A stretch of DNA of 64,000 nucleotides from a virus. The stretch lies in IMG/VR virus record IMGVR_UViG_2084038018_000013, positions 2,341-66,340 of that record, one strand, 5' to 3'. The notes below the pieces were generated by a model. The model worked only from the letters and a program-made list of their open reading frames with translations, made no database searches and was not told the origin of the DNA. The position numbers and the translations under genes are program-made. Positions 37,914 to 48,234 of the stretch are shown here, piece by piece; within the stretch, counting starts at the first letter, position 1, and every line of letters begins with the position of its first letter.

Positions 37914-38155
37914 TTATCCGCCTTAGCTGCCGAAGCAGCAGGTTTATCTGCGGTTTTATCGGACGGTTTTGCGTCAGCAGCCTCAGTTTCAGCGGATTTA
38001 GCTGGCTCGGCATACGGCAACAGATCGCCATCCCTGAGACGGCGCAGCCAGTAGGCCGTCTCCGGTACGTCCACGGCCTCTTTGTCCGTGATGTAACGGT
38101 CAGGACGGCCTTCCACCGGCACCTGAATACCCTGGCGGGCAATTACCTTAATCAT
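37910..38155 (-). CDS. Mu gp38-like protein (DUF2635)
   Basis: MIKVIARQG..VP.EG...YWLRRLRDGDL. Confidence 0.8.
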   Translation of the reverse strand: MIKVIARQGIQVPVEGRPDRYITDKEAVDVPETAYWLRRLRDGDLLPYAEPAKSAETEAADAKPSDKTADKPAASAAKADK

Positions 38156-38798
38156 CGTTGTCAGTCCTGTTGTGCATGATATCTTCGGCGACCGGGTCAG
38201 CAACGCCGGGCTGGAAGTAGGCCATGCGGGTGCTTTCATGCCACGGCAGCGGTTTTTCGATGCGCCCCTTCCAGCGAACAAAGTCAGCGTCGTCATCGGT
38301 CGGCAGCTCCGGTGCAGGCCAGTGGCCGTTATCCAGTGCATCCTCCATCCACTGCGTGCTGAATACGCACTCGTAGACCGCCACGCCTTTATCGTTAAAC
38401 GCCTGCCCGGCTACGGGGCGCACGCCTTCAGGCTTCAGATAATCAATCTTCAGCCCCAAATCCTGCCCGGTGAGCAGGCGGCGCACGCTGCGAATGAGGC
38501 GATAGCATCCCGGCTCTTCAGTCCCCGGCCCGCCGTGGCGGAGCGCCTCATTGCTGCGCAGGTTGTAATCCACGACAAAGACGCTGAAGCGACCGGTGAC
38601 GAGGAAGCGGCGGCGGGAGGTGTCATGTGCCCGGCTGTTAGTGATGCCTGAAAACACCACGCACACGCCGGGGAGCTGCCGCAGGGCCACGCCGATATCC
38701 GTGGCCAGCACGTTCCATGTCACTACAGGGTTGTTGACCATCCGGCCCAGCCCCTGCTGCAGGCGTTCACACAGCGCTTTTTCGATGGTGGTAATCAT
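38148..38798 (-). CDS. Mu gp37-like tail terminator (DUF1834)
   Basis: MITTIEKAL, RLLTGQDLGL. Confidence 0.82.
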   Translation of the reverse strand: MITTIEKALCERLQQGLGRMVNNPVVTWNVLATDIGVALRQLPGVCVVFSGITNSRAHDTSRRRFLVTGRFSVFVVDYNLRSNEALRHGGPGTEEPGCYRLIRSVRRLLTGQDLGLKIDYLKPEGVRPVAGQAFNDKGVAVYECVFSTQWMEDALDNGHWPAPELPTDDDADFVRWKGRIEKPLPWHESTRMAYFQPGVADPVAEDIMHNRTDNDD

Positions 38799-39238
38799 CA
38801 GTACGCACCTCCACCCGTGCGGTTACGGCTCCACAGATCGTCGCCACCAGAATAAAACTCGACGGTCGGCGTCGAGGCGTCGACGGTGCCGCCGTTCTCC
38901 GGGTTTGAGCCGATACCGGCCTTGCCACTGGCGACCAGCTTCAGCCAGCTGATAGCATCCTCGTAGCGCAGGCGGATCACTTCGTTGCAGGTATGCTCGT
39001 TACCGGTCAGCAGATAACGGGCGATATCACAGCAGTAATCACGCAGCGCATCGGGCACCTGCCGCAGCGGGAGGCGGTAGCGGGCACCGATATACGCATC
39101 AATCCTGCCGCTCGCCGACCGGAGGTGGCGGGCGAGACGCTCATCATCCGCCTCATCACTGTTCCATGGTGCTGACACGCTGACCGCATCACGCTCTGTG
39201 AAATAGGTTTTGTAGTCCTCCGGGGTGGCGTAGCTCAT
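38798..39238 (-). CDS. Mu gp36-like adaptor (DUF1320)
   Basis: MSYATPED, IDAYIGARYRLPL, CDIARY. Confidence 0.88.
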   Translation of the reverse strand: MSYATPEDYKTYFTERDAVSVSAPWNSDEADDERLARHLRSASGRIDAYIGARYRLPLRQVPDALRDYCCDIARYLLTGNEHTCNEVIRLRYEDAISWLKLVASGKAGIGSNPENGGTVDASTPTVEFYSGGDDLWSRNRTGGGAY

Positions 39239-39240
39239 GG

Positions 39241-40152
39241 TCAGTTCCCTGTACCGGTGGAGCCGTAAGCCATCTGCCAGTAACCAAATGCAGCAGCCCC
39301 ACGCGCTTCCACGCCGAACTTGTACTCCGCCCGCATAAAGACGTCGTCCGAGTCCATATTGGTCTGGGAGACAAAATTGGGTGTCTCCCTGTCCTGGTAG
39401 ATAAGCGGTTTCAGCACCTGCGAGGTGTCCAGCAGGAACCACTGGGTGTCAGAGGTCAGATGCTGTACTACGATCACTTCAGCAGCACCCCGATAGAGGT
39501 TTGGCTTGCCGTCCTCCAGTCGTTCAGCCGTCACCAGCGTTCTGGCAATATCTTCCAGCGCCGGAGGAACAACCAGCAGATCAGGGACGATATTGAGCGG
39601 GCGGTCATGGCGGTCTTTCAGCTTCTTCATGCTGGTACGAGCCGCACCGAAGGAGGCTTTTGCCTCTGCCTGAGTGGCAACCGACAGCGGCGCTTTGCCC
39701 ATATTGCTGTAGGTTTTGTCACCGATTTTGTGCTTATCGCTGATAAACGGCAGGCCGTCATAACACAGGGCAGTGAAGGCCTTATCCAGTAGCCCAAAGA
39801 CCATTTCATCCGGCCACATTTCGGCACTTTGTCCCGCCGATGTAGCCTGTACACCATAGATGCCCAGCTGGTCGTCCTTAATATTGTTACGCTTGACAAC
39901 CACCGTGGCCTCAAAATCCTTGTTGGGCACGATAAAGTCCTGCTCCAGCAGTTTGGTCAGTTGCTTCTCACCAACCCACTCGCGCATTTTGGGGAACATC
40001 TCAAGCCACGCGTAGTAGTTCGCCGCTCCCGTGGAAGGGATGCGGGTTGCCACGCGCTGCCACTGGGGTTTACCCAGCGTCAGACCGTTCTGAAACGACT
40101 TTTTAAGGTTCAGAAACAGCACGCTGAGATTGGCTTTGTTGATTGCAGCCAT
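39241..40152 (-). CDS. Major capsid protein (Mu gpT-like)
   Basis: YAWLEMFPKMREWVG, NKDFEATV, FLLDTS..LKPLIYQ. Confidence 0.92.
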   Translation of the reverse strand: MAAINKANLSVLFLNLKKSFQNGLTLGKPQWQRVATRIPSTGAANYYAWLEMFPKMREWVGEKQLTKLLEQDFIVPNKDFEATVVVKRNNIKDDQLGIYGVQATSAGQSAEMWPDEMVFGLLDKAFTALCYDGLPFISDKHKIGDKTYSNMGKAPLSVATQAEAKASFGAARTSMKKLKDRHDRPLNIVPDLLVVPPALEDIARTLVTAERLEDGKPNLYRGAAEVIVVQHLTSDTQWFLLDTSQVLKPLIYQDRETPNFVSQTNMDSDDVFMRAEYKFGVEARGAAAFGYWQMAYGSTGTGN

Positions 40153-40169
40153 AATATTTTCCTTATAAA

Positions 40170-40601
40170 TCAGTAAATCCAGACGCCGTCACTTTCGATC
40201 AGGATGATTTTCCCGGCGCTGCTGCGTGTCGCTTCACCTGCAGGTGTCTCGCCTTCAGCAGGCGTACCGCCGTTTTCAGCAGACAACGTCTGGTTATCGA
40301 CGATGTAAGCGCGGCTGAGCAGACTGGCCTGAGTGATGGTGCCATCGCTGGCCCACTTGAACGCTTTGTTGGCACGAACGTTGATAAGCTGCGCCCCGTC
40401 TTCACCGGCGCTGTTATCCACGGACTCGTCGGCACAGCCCGCATATTTCAGGGTGGCATCCTCCTTGCCATTGACGGCAAAGCCGGTCGCGTTTACACAG
40501 ACGATGGCTCCCATCGGGATAACTTCACCTTTGGCAACGGGCACCGGCACCAGAATGCAGTCGCGCCATGCCGTGTCGCGGGGTTCAGTGATAGCGGTCA
40601 T
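40170..40601 (-). CDS. Capsid decoration/cement-like protein
   Basis: Position before the capsid gene; GAIVCVN, GKIILIESDGVW. Confidence 0.6.
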   Translation of the reverse strand: MTAITEPRDTAWRDCILVPVPVAKGEVIPMGAIVCVNATGFAVNGKEDATLKYAGCADESVDNSAGEDGAQLINVRANKAFKWASDGTITQASLLSRAYIVDNQTLSAENGGTPAEGETPAGEATRSSAGKIILIESDGVWIY

Positions 40602-41677
40602 TTTTTCTCTCCGGTCAGGTCTTCAGCGGTATTACCGAACTGGCTGCAGATAGCAAGCTGCTCGGCGGTCAGTTCGACGCTATTGTCCCGGCCACCCTCA
40701 AACGTCATACCGTCAGACTGCAGCTGTGACAGAGCCTTGATGGGCTTACGGGTGCCGATCATCTTTTCCATCAGCGCATAGTTGCTCTTGCCCAGCTCGC
40801 GCAGGTTGTCTTCATCCGCACCTTTCATCACGCGCCCGTCACTCAGGGCGGCGGTCAGCAGGGTCTCGACCTTGTCGCCCTGAATCTGAGAGGACAGAGA
40901 GGCCAGTTCATTGCGGAGATCGTCCACCACGGCCACAGGCACAAATTTGGTGGGGTCAGGCGCACCGGTCTGCGCGGCAGACAGGGCGGCAATCTTCGTC
41001 TGACCTTCCTGAATGGCCTGGTCCTTTGCGGTCAGCTGTGCCTTGTGAGCGTCAATCAGCGCACCGATGCTGGAGCAGTTGGCCTCTTTGAGCTGATTGT
41101 TCTGCAGGTCTTCCAGTGCGGTCTGAATAGCCGCCTCATCAGCCTCCTGCTTCAGCCCCATGATGGCGCAGAGGGCGAGACGCAAATTTTCGTTCATCGG
41201 TTTTTCTCCGTTATCAAAAAACATTAAGGACGCCGCCACCTGACGCATCCCGTCCAGCACCGGCATATTAGTGAGCGCGGCGTTGACCAGCTCCCGCACG
41301 TTTCCCTGCTCGTCATAGCGGAAGGTCGGCGATACATAGCGGTATTCATCAGCCTGAATCAGCGAGGCGGCACGTTCAGTCCACTTTACGTCAGCAAACA
41401 GGCCTTCACCCTCCACCCAGGTCAGAGACTTGAACCAGCCTGACGCAGGCACCGGGCCACTGGCCTGTGGGGCATTCAGGGACTGGTGCTCATAGTCAAA
41501 CTGGTAGTCATTCACCCGGCTGTTGGCGGCATCAATCAGACGCTGTGCCAGTGAGGCGTCCAGGAACCAGCGCTGACCACCTGACGGCGCACCAAACCAG
41601 CCAGCCGGAAACAGCTGAATGCGGGCGGTGTTGTCCTTGTTGATGCCTGAAAGTGAGGCGGTGGCGAGCTTCCACAT
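40598..41677 (-). CDS. Head maturation protease/scaffold (Mu gpI/Z-like)
   Basis: DYEHQS, ASGW, YRYVSPTF, AALTNMP. Confidence 0.9.
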   Translation of the reverse strand: MWKLATASLSGINKDNTARIQLFPAGWFGAPSGGQRWFLDASLAQRLIDAANSRVNDYQFDYEHQSLNAPQASGPVPASGWFKSLTWVEGEGLFADVKWTERAASLIQADEYRYVSPTFRYDEQGNVRELVNAALTNMPVLDGMRQVAASLMFFDNGEKPMNENLRLALCAIMGLKQEADEAAIQTALEDLQNNQLKEANCSSIGALIDAHKAQLTAKDQAIQEGQTKIAALSAAQTGAPDPTKFVPVAVVDDLRNELASLSSQIQGDKVETLLTAALSDGRVMKGADEDNLRELGKSNYALMEKMIGTRKPIKALSQLQSDGMTFEGGRDNSVELTAEQLAICSQFGNTAEDLTGEKK

Positions 41678-41713
41678 CGGTGTATTGCGTCCTGAAACTG
41701 TCAAAGTGAGGAC

Positions 41714-41760
41714 AGGATAGGCGGCAGGCTAAATGCCCGACAGTTACAGGGGTGAAGCGG
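41714..41760 (-). promoter_or_regulatory. Activator-dependent late promoter (PI-like)
   Basis: CCGCTTCACCCCTGTA-N25-TATCCT. Confidence 0.65.
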
Positions 41761-41927
41761 TAATAACAGGGGGAGGAATCAGGGGATTAAGACAGTAACA
41801 CCGTGGCTGAATGGCGCAACCCCGTTTAAAACCCGTTTAAATCGCGCAGAATGGCGTTAAAACAATGCAGGGGTAATACGTTACCCCCGAAAGAGGAAAA
41901 ACGCCACAACGGCCTTTTGTGGGCTTA

Positions 41928-42404
41928 TCAGTCTTCCCCGCCAAGATGGTCAATGACCGCCTGGCGGATGGCGTCATTATCATCATCTGTCAGGCTGAGG
42001 AAAGGACGGGCCGGAATATCTGAACCAGGGTGGTTGACCTGACTCGCAAAGCGTCCGTTAAAGTACAGCGCTTTTTTGTTGCGGGGGCGGATGATGTGAG
42101 GGCGCGTTTTCCCTCCCATCTGGTGGATTCGGGCATAGACCACATTAGTGCCCACCACCGCCTGATCGTTATCGGCGAACGGCTCAATTGAGCCGTGCAG
42201 GCGTCCGGTCTTCATCAGCGGCTTGCCGTCTCGATATTTAAGCGGCTTCCACGCCGGACGCCCGCCCTGAACAAAGTTCTCATCCACCGCATCGAGCATA
42301 ATACCCGCGACCTTATTCATCAGCGGCTCACGGTGCTGGCAACGTGCGGCCAGCTTGTCGAGCCAGTCGCGGAACTCGTCAGAAATATCGATATCGAGCT
42401 TCAT
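41928..42404 (-). CDS. Mu gpG-like virion morphogenesis protein
   Basis: VGTNVVYARIHQMGG, IPARPFL. Confidence 0.9.
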   Translation of the reverse strand: MKLDIDISDEFRDWLDKLAARCQHREPLMNKVAGIMLDAVDENFVQGGRPAWKPLKYRDGKPLMKTGRLHGSIEPFADNDQAVVGTNVVYARIHQMGGKTRPHIIRPRNKKALYFNGRFASQVNHPGSDIPARPFLSLTDDDNDAIRQAVIDHLGGED

Positions 42405-43657
42405 GCATTCCCCTCCGGCAGCGTACCGTCAATCAGTCGGGCGCGTGCGACGGCTGCAGGTGACCACGGCACCGAGGATACAGGTTCAAAGCTATCAGCG
42501 CTGCGGGCAAGCGTGACCACGCTGTAACCGGCTAAATCCTCCACCACCATCAGCAGAGCCTCGCCGCGCTGCAGCACGGCCATCGGGTAACGAAATGCCG
42601 ATGCCAGACGTCCAAGCCACGACGCACCGGCTTCCCGCAGACTGACAGCCGTTTGCGCCGGTAAGGTGATAACCGGCGACGGCAGAGTCGCACTGTCACT
42701 GATTGCAGCCAGCACCAGCGGTGATATTGCACCGGCGCGGCGAAAATCCCTGCCGGGTCGCGCAGGCAGCGAGCGCACCCAGCTATCAAGATCGCGGTTC
42801 ATTGCCGTGGCCAGCCGGTTATTGCGCAGCGTTTCATACACTGCCTGCGCGGCAAGGCGTGGAGGGGCATCAACGCTTTTCTCCAGGAGGGACTGACCCA
42901 GCCCGGCCAGATATTCGCGTCCCGGATTAAGGTGAAAGCCCGCGTCCGGCACCAGCAGTTGGCCGGTCTTAGGATCACGATATGCTTTAACGGGACGCAT
43001 CTCGCCATCCAGACCATAAGGCTGCTGCACGGTCACCAGCCGGTCGTCACTGCTTTCAACGCCCAGTGGGTGATTTTTTATCTGTGCTTCGGTCAGAGCG
43101 CGAACCCAGCAGCGGCAGTTGTAACCGTTCGGCGGGTAGATGGTCTGCCATATCGGGTCGTCCCAGCGGAACACCCGACCATTAAGCGCCGCATGCGTTG
43201 GGCGGGTGCGGTTATCCATGACCGCGTTATATTCCCAGTAAGGGCGGTCGGCGACATTGCGCATCTGCTGCTGATACCGTCCTGCAGCATACGCCGACTG
43301 AATATTGGTGCGAAAAATCGTATCAAGACGGTAAGGCATCAGCTTTTTGCCCTGCAGCACGCCATCGTCATCGGCAACCAGCCCGCGTCCCAGCCAGCCC
43401 TTACGCTGCAACAGCGGCTCCAGTTCATTCTGGAACTGACGGAAACTCATCCCCTCCGTGAGCGAGCGCGTCAGGCTGTTCTGGATATCGCTGAGGACGT
43501 CCAGCTTCGTGATACCGGCCACCGCAAACTCCACCGCGTGAGCCTCGTCCTGCATATCCTTCCAGCTCATGGTGGGCGCTAACCCTTTTGACTGGAAGTA
43601 AGCTATCGCCCGCGCCGGTGGCAGGGTCATGGCAAAACCTGCATTAATCTCAGGCAT
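42401..43657 (-). CDS. Mu gpF-like head morphogenesis protein
   Basis: TIFRTNIQSAY, DNRTRPTH, PPNGYNCRC. Confidence 0.9.
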   Translation of the reverse strand: MPEINAGFAMTLPPARAIAYFQSKGLAPTMSWKDMQDEAHAVEFAVAGITKLDVLSDIQNSLTRSLTEGMSFRQFQNELEPLLQRKGWLGRGLVADDDGVLQGKKLMPYRLDTIFRTNIQSAYAAGRYQQQMRNVADRPYWEYNAVMDNRTRPTHAALNGRVFRWDDPIWQTIYPPNGYNCRCWVRALTEAQIKNHPLGVESSDDRLVTVQQPYGLDGEMRPVKAYRDPKTGQLLVPDAGFHLNPGREYLAGLGQSLLEKSVDAPPRLAAQAVYETLRNNRLATAMNRDLDSWVRSLPARPGRDFRRAGAISPLVLAAISDSATLPSPVITLPAQTAVSLREAGASWLGRLASAFRYPMAVLQRGEALLMVVEDLAGYSVVTLARSADSFEPVSSVPWSPAAVARARLIDGTLPEGNA

Positions 43658-45209
43658 TCTGCTGCCCCATAAAGTCTGCGACAAAGACCGCCTGACCGAC
43701 CAGCTCGCGCAGGGCCATATCGTCCAGCGCTGGATAGCTGGCTGCAAGAAGCTCGTAAACCTCATCCGGGCTTCGGGCCGCTTTTACCTTCGTAATAAGC
43801 GGTTTCAACATTGCTTCAGCAGCGGCAGTGGCCTGAATGGACAGAAGCTGCGGAGCGGCATCCAGCTGCAGCTGTACGTTGTCAGTTCCACTCTGCGGCA
43901 CAGAGAGGGCAGCAAGGCGGGCCTGCATGACCTGAGACAGTGCGGCGTCACCGGCCTGCTGGCGGGCCAGCGGTTTCAGGATGGTCTGCCCCTCCTGAGG
44001 CAGCGGGATACCGCTTTTCTCCGAGACCCAGTCAGCGGTAATGTCAAAGCCCGCCTGCTGGGCAGTGTTCACTACCGTCATCAGGCGCTCAAGGTCAACG
44101 GACTCGCGGGCATCAAATTCCAGATACGGTGCCCGCTCCGGGTTAAAACGCCCGTTTATCGCCAGCACTGGCCACAGCAGCTGCTGGGTCAGCGTCTCCG
44201 CCGACATCCATGCATCACCAACGAGGAGATCGTGACGGATTTCGTTATGCACATTTCCGAGCGCATTGGTCGACGATTTGCCGTCAGCCTGGCTGGTCAG
44301 CGTCCCGCCGAGAATGACCTTTGACTGTACCTTCTCGCACCAGCTCACCATATCCAGGAAAGGCGCACTCTGGCCTGCTGACGGAGAGACCAGCGAAATT
44401 TCAGCATTAGACGGAATGATGCCGCCGCCTTCGCGGGCCAGCATGCGGATACCGCGAAGCAGGTTCAGTCGCTCCCTGTCGGTCATGGAGGCATCATACT
44501 TACCAATACGGAATGGCAGGCCGTAAAGGTTCAGGAACTGCGCCCAGTCGCGGGCAGACAGGTTCTTGAACAGGTACGTCCAGACCAGCACGCGGAACAG
44601 ACCACTCTGCGCCACAGGGCCGGATTTGGACTTGTGCTTATGCACGATCCAGCCCATATCCCACAGCTCCTCGCCGCCCACGCCGCCACGGTTCAGGCGG
44701 ATACTGTCAAGGTCGTTCTGCGGCATCGTGAAGGCCCGCGCCGGTCGCTTGTGGAACGCTGACGGAAGCCAGAGTGACCCTTTACGGCCCCATTCGATCT
44801 CGATGCACGAAAAGCCGTGGCCGATGGCATCCAGCATATCCATCAGCATCTCGCGGAAGCCCGGCAAATGGCGCAGCCACCAGTCGGCCTCCGCCGCGAC
44901 TTTCTTCTCCGCCTCGGTCGCATCCGGGGGCGGTTTGACGGAAAACGGCAGCGTCAGCAGCGCACGCTTACGCTTTGACAGCTCGGCGAACAGGTGGCCG
45001 TCGCGCTCTTCCATATCGGTAAACAGGTCGCTCTGTGCCTGAATGTCGCCCTGTTCGGCAGCGCTGAACAGGGCATACACCCGCTGAATATCCAGCCCCG
45101 TAGAGGGGTGCGTAGCGGTATCACCATAAAGAAAATCATCGCCACTGCTCTGCATGGCCTGTGTGTTATCGCGGGAAAAAAAGCGTTTAAACGCGATTTT
45201 AATGTCCAT
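43650..45209 (-). CDS. Portal protein (Mu gp29, DUF935-like)
   Basis: YGLPFRIGKY, ILGGTLTS, LGNVHNEIR. Confidence 0.92.
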   Translation of the reverse strand: MDIKIAFKRFFSRDNTQAMQSSGDDFLYGDTATHPSTGLDIQRVYALFSAAEQGDIQAQSDLFTDMEERDGHLFAELSKRKRALLTLPFSVKPPPDATEAEKKVAAEADWWLRHLPGFREMLMDMLDAIGHGFSCIEIEWGRKGSLWLPSAFHKRPARAFTMPQNDLDSIRLNRGGVGGEELWDMGWIVHKHKSKSGPVAQSGLFRVLVWTYLFKNLSARDWAQFLNLYGLPFRIGKYDASMTDRERLNLLRGIRMLAREGGGIIPSNAEISLVSPSAGQSAPFLDMVSWCEKVQSKVILGGTLTSQADGKSSTNALGNVHNEIRHDLLVGDAWMSAETLTQQLLWPVLAINGRFNPERAPYLEFDARESVDLERLMTVVNTAQQAGFDITADWVSEKSGIPLPQEGQTILKPLARQQAGDAALSQVMQARLAALSVPQSGTDNVQLQLDAAPQLLSIQATAAAEAMLKPLITKVKAARSPDEVYELLAASYPALDDMALRELVGQAVFVADFMGQQNA

Positions 45210-46898
45210 TTACCATCCTCCAGACCCGAACCCGTCAGAGCCATAATCGTCGTCATCGTCATGCCTGCGGCGCGAGGGAGAATCCGACTCCACCGCCTCC
45301 AGCTGGCTGACGGGAATAAATTCAAAGTTACCCACGCTGGTCGACGCGATGGCAAACAGCATATGCAGCGCATCCGGGCCGTCATCGTGGTCAGCCATCG
45401 GGAAATGCATCAGTTGTTCACGCAACGTGGCGAGCGCACGGGCGATCAGAATGTGCTCGCTCTCCATAAAGGGCTGCAGGGATTCAATACGTCCGGCCTT
45501 GTCGGTGGAAGGGATCACCGAGCGGGCCGGAACGGGGACCCCCGCCTTCAGGGATTCTTCTATCAGCGTCTCGCGCAGGAAGTCCTGGAACTGCACCGAC
45601 TCAAACGCCCACGCTACGCAGCCAAACTCACGCTGCAGCTGGATAACATCGGTAATAATCTTTTTAGGGCGGCGCACGCGAATATCGGCACGGACGACCT
45701 TCAGCACTTTTTTGATGCGGTGCCATCCGCCAATCAGCAACGCGCTGGGGTCGTTGCCCCGGCTGTTGTGCTTGCCGAGCGACGGGTCGCAGGCACCGAA
45801 GTAAATCAGGTCAGGCTCCAGCTCCCGCCACTCATGGATACAGCCGTGGAAGATGGCATGCTCGCCGCTGACCGGGTCATTCTGGTATTCCGCATCGAAA
45901 GCGCGGGTGCCTACGCGCACTCGGATCAACATCAGCGCCAGCAGTGGTCGAGCGGCCCACGAAACGCGGGAGCCTTTCAGCAGCGCTTTTTCATGGCGGT
46001 TATAGAACGCCTTCGCGGCATTCTTGCCCTTACCACGCAGCACCGCTTCCCACTCATCCCACAGCGCCAGATTCTCTGGCCAGGCGAGGATGGCCTGAAA
46101 GCGCTTCGCATTCCACAGCGGGTTTTTCATGGTGCGGGCCAGCACGGAATCGTAGTGCAGGATTGACCCGACGTAGATAACATCGAGCTTGACCCCGGCC
46201 CCGCCCAGCGGCAGCACCGTGCTGTTGAGCCACTTCTCCAGCTTGTCACGCTGCTTTGGCGTCACCACGTTCTCGTCGTTTTCGAGGTCATCGAGGTGAA
46301 CCAGGTCAGGACGATATGCGCCGTGCTTACGGCCACGCAGACTCTGTCCCTGACCAGCCGATTCAATTTTGATGCCCGATGCCGTCAGAATGCAGCCGAT
46401 ACGCCATACGCGCCCCTGTCCGCAGGCTTCAGGGAAGTCCAGCGCCAGACCGGCGTTATAGAGCAGCTCGGCCTTGATAACCTCCAGAGACTCCGCCGAC
46501 TGAGCGGACGTGTCGAAGGCGATAATGATGAATTTCTTCAGCTCAAGGACGACGCACCACAGGTCGAACAGCTGCTGACCGAGGGTGGTTTTTGCTTCAC
46601 CACGCGGGGCGGCAATAACGTCATTCTCACTCTCAGGGCTGGTGACAATCTGCGGCAGGCGCTCATACAGATACTCGTGCAGCGCACTGGTTTCCGGGTG
46701 ATGGAGGTGATGCTTAAAGTAGGTGTTTACGAAGAAGCGAAACCCGGTCACCGGATCGCTGACCTGTAACCGGCGAGCCTGTATCGCCTCCGGGCTGCTG
46801 TCCAGACCACAGCTTGCGCTCTCTATGCGGTCGCGCAGCTCCCCCTGAATGCGGGCAATCTTCTCGCGGAAGGCTTTAAGCGATGATTTGGACGACAC
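45210..46898 (-). CDS. Terminase large subunit (Mu gp28-like)
   Basis: APRGEAKTT, LRGRKHGAYRPDLVHLDD, HDDGPDA. Confidence 0.92.
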   Translation of the reverse strand: MSSKSSLKAFREKIARIQGELRDRIESASCGLDSSPEAIQARRLQVSDPVTGFRFFVNTYFKHHLHHPETSALHEYLYERLPQIVTSPESENDVIAAPRGEAKTTLGQQLFDLWCVVLELKKFIIIAFDTSAQSAESLEVIKAELLYNAGLALDFPEACGQGRVWRIGCILTASGIKIESAGQGQSLRGRKHGAYRPDLVHLDDLENDENVVTPKQRDKLEKWLNSTVLPLGGAGVKLDVIYVGSILHYDSVLARTMKNPLWNAKRFQAILAWPENLALWDEWEAVLRGKGKNAAKAFYNRHEKALLKGSRVSWAARPLLALMLIRVRVGTRAFDAEYQNDPVSGEHAIFHGCIHEWRELEPDLIYFGACDPSLGKHNSRGNDPSALLIGGWHRIKKVLKVVRADIRVRRPKKIITDVIQLQREFGCVAWAFESVQFQDFLRETLIEESLKAGVPVPARSVIPSTDKAGRIESLQPFMESEHILIARALATLREQLMHFPMADHDDGPDALHMLFAIASTSVGNFEFIPVSQLEAVESDSPSRRRHDDDDDYGSDGFGSGGW

Positions 46899-46908
46899 TT
46901 ATCTGCCC

Positions 46909-47139
46909 TCAGTCCTGACTGCGGTTCGCCAGCGCCGCCTCAATCTGCTCCAGCAACACGGATTTTGCGTGCCACACCGATTTGCCATAAAGACCATCGG
47001 CCTGGTGAATCTCGCCATCTTCAGTCTGTACCATCAGGTAATCGCTTTGCACGTATACGCGAACGATGGTATCGGCCCGCACAGCATTGCGATCGTTCAG
47101 AGTAATAAACTGCTTAACGGGTTTGGTAACTTCAGCCAT
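46909..47139 (-). CDS. Hypothetical protein
   Basis: 76-aa ORF packed within the operon. Confidence 0.6.
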   Translation of the reverse strand: MAEVTKPVKQFITLNDRNAVRADTIVRVYVQSDYLMVQTEDGEIHQADGLYGKSVWHAKSVLLEQIEAALANRSQD

Positions 47140-47653
47140 ATTTCTTCTCCACTATCTGCTGAAACTCAGGTAATACGTCCAGAAAGCCCGCCATCAGCGC
47201 CGGGTGCTTATCGCTGAGAAAGGCGGCTAAATCTTCCACCACGCCCGCCGCGACGATCAGACGGTCGGTCTCCGGCAAAATGCGCTTACTGGCAGCTATC
47301 ATTTTGTTAAAGCCGTCCTGCAACTTCGCCAGCAGGCTGGCGTAATCATCGGCTGGCAGCGCGGCCTGACCGTCTGCACCTTCACGGGCCTTGCGCAGCT
47401 GTTCCATCGCATGCTTATGGTGCTCAAGGAACTCCAGCAGCAGGTCACGGGTGATATCCTCCGGCACGCCGGACGACAGGCGACGGGCCGCACGCTGTTT
47501 GTCCCAGTCGTCGCCGTTCTCCCGCGACTCACGCCGCCAGCGGATAACCGACGCCACGCTGACCCCGTGCATCGGCCCCAGCACTTCGGGGGCGATCCCC
47601 TGCGCAATGTAATCGCGCCTGACGGCATCCCTTACCGCTTTCGGGTGCGCCAT
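47132..47653 (-). CDS. Terminase small subunit (Mu gp27, DUF1804-like)
   Basis: MAHPKAVRDAVRRDY HTH, GDDWDKQRAA. Confidence 0.85.
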   Translation of the reverse strand: MAHPKAVRDAVRRDYIAQGIAPEVLGPMHGVSVASVIRWRRESRENGDDWDKQRAARRLSSGVPEDITRDLLLEFLEHHKHAMEQLRKAREGADGQAALPADDYASLLAKLQDGFNKMIAASKRILPETDRLIVAAGVVEDLAAFLSDKHPALMAGFLDVLPEFQQIVEKKYG

Positions 47654-47919
47654 TAGCGGCCCCCCGTGGCATCGGTGCGGCGGTCTATACGGTCGTTCAT
47701 GCGCTCAATCGACTGCTTAATTTCCGAGAGCATGGTCATAATCTGCTCCTGATCGCGGAGTGCATCTGATTTGAGCTGAAACACCGTGTACATCTGCCGG
47801 TTCTCTTCCCACAGGCGGTTAATTGTGGAGTGCAGATTCTTTATCCAGAAAGTAAAACCGAACGAAAAAACGCCCAGTAACGCGGTTTGCCAAAATTCCA
47901 CAATGTGTCCTGCGTCCAT
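47653..47919 (-). CDS. Small membrane-anchored protein
   Basis: N-terminal TM plus coiled coil. Confidence 0.6.
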   Translation of the reverse strand: MDAGHIVEFWQTALLGVFSFGFTFWIKNLHSTINRLWEENRQMYTVFQLKSDALRDQEQIMTMLSEIKQSIERMNDRIDRRTDATGGR

Positions 47920-48234
47920 TTATTGGTCCTCCTTGCCTGGCCAGAAAAACGCCCCAAGAGCCTTGAGTTTTGCGGCGTTCGTCTGGCACCAGGCTCCGTA
48001 ATCTGCTGCGTGTCGCAACAGTGCATCCGGGGGTAGCCCCGATGAGCCACCGGCATATGCTGACGGTGCGGGCGGCATCGGGGCTACCGTGACCATCGCT
48101 CGCGGTGGTTTACTGTCCTGAACTATCACCGGCGCTGGCGTTACCACCACCGGCGTATCCGAGGGCTTTGGTGTAGAGCTGCAGGCTGTGAGGCCCAAGC
48201 CCGTTATAGCCACAGCCAGAAGTCTGATTGTCAT
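47920..48234 (-). CDS. o-spanin lipoprotein
   Basis: LTAC lipobox, Pro-rich, overlaps the i-spanin. Confidence 0.75.
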   Translation of the reverse strand: MTIRLLAVAITGLGLTACSSTPKPSDTPVVVTPAPVIVQDSKPPRAMVTVAPMPPAPSAYAGGSSGLPPDALLRHAADYGAWCQTNAAKLKALGAFFWPGKEDQ

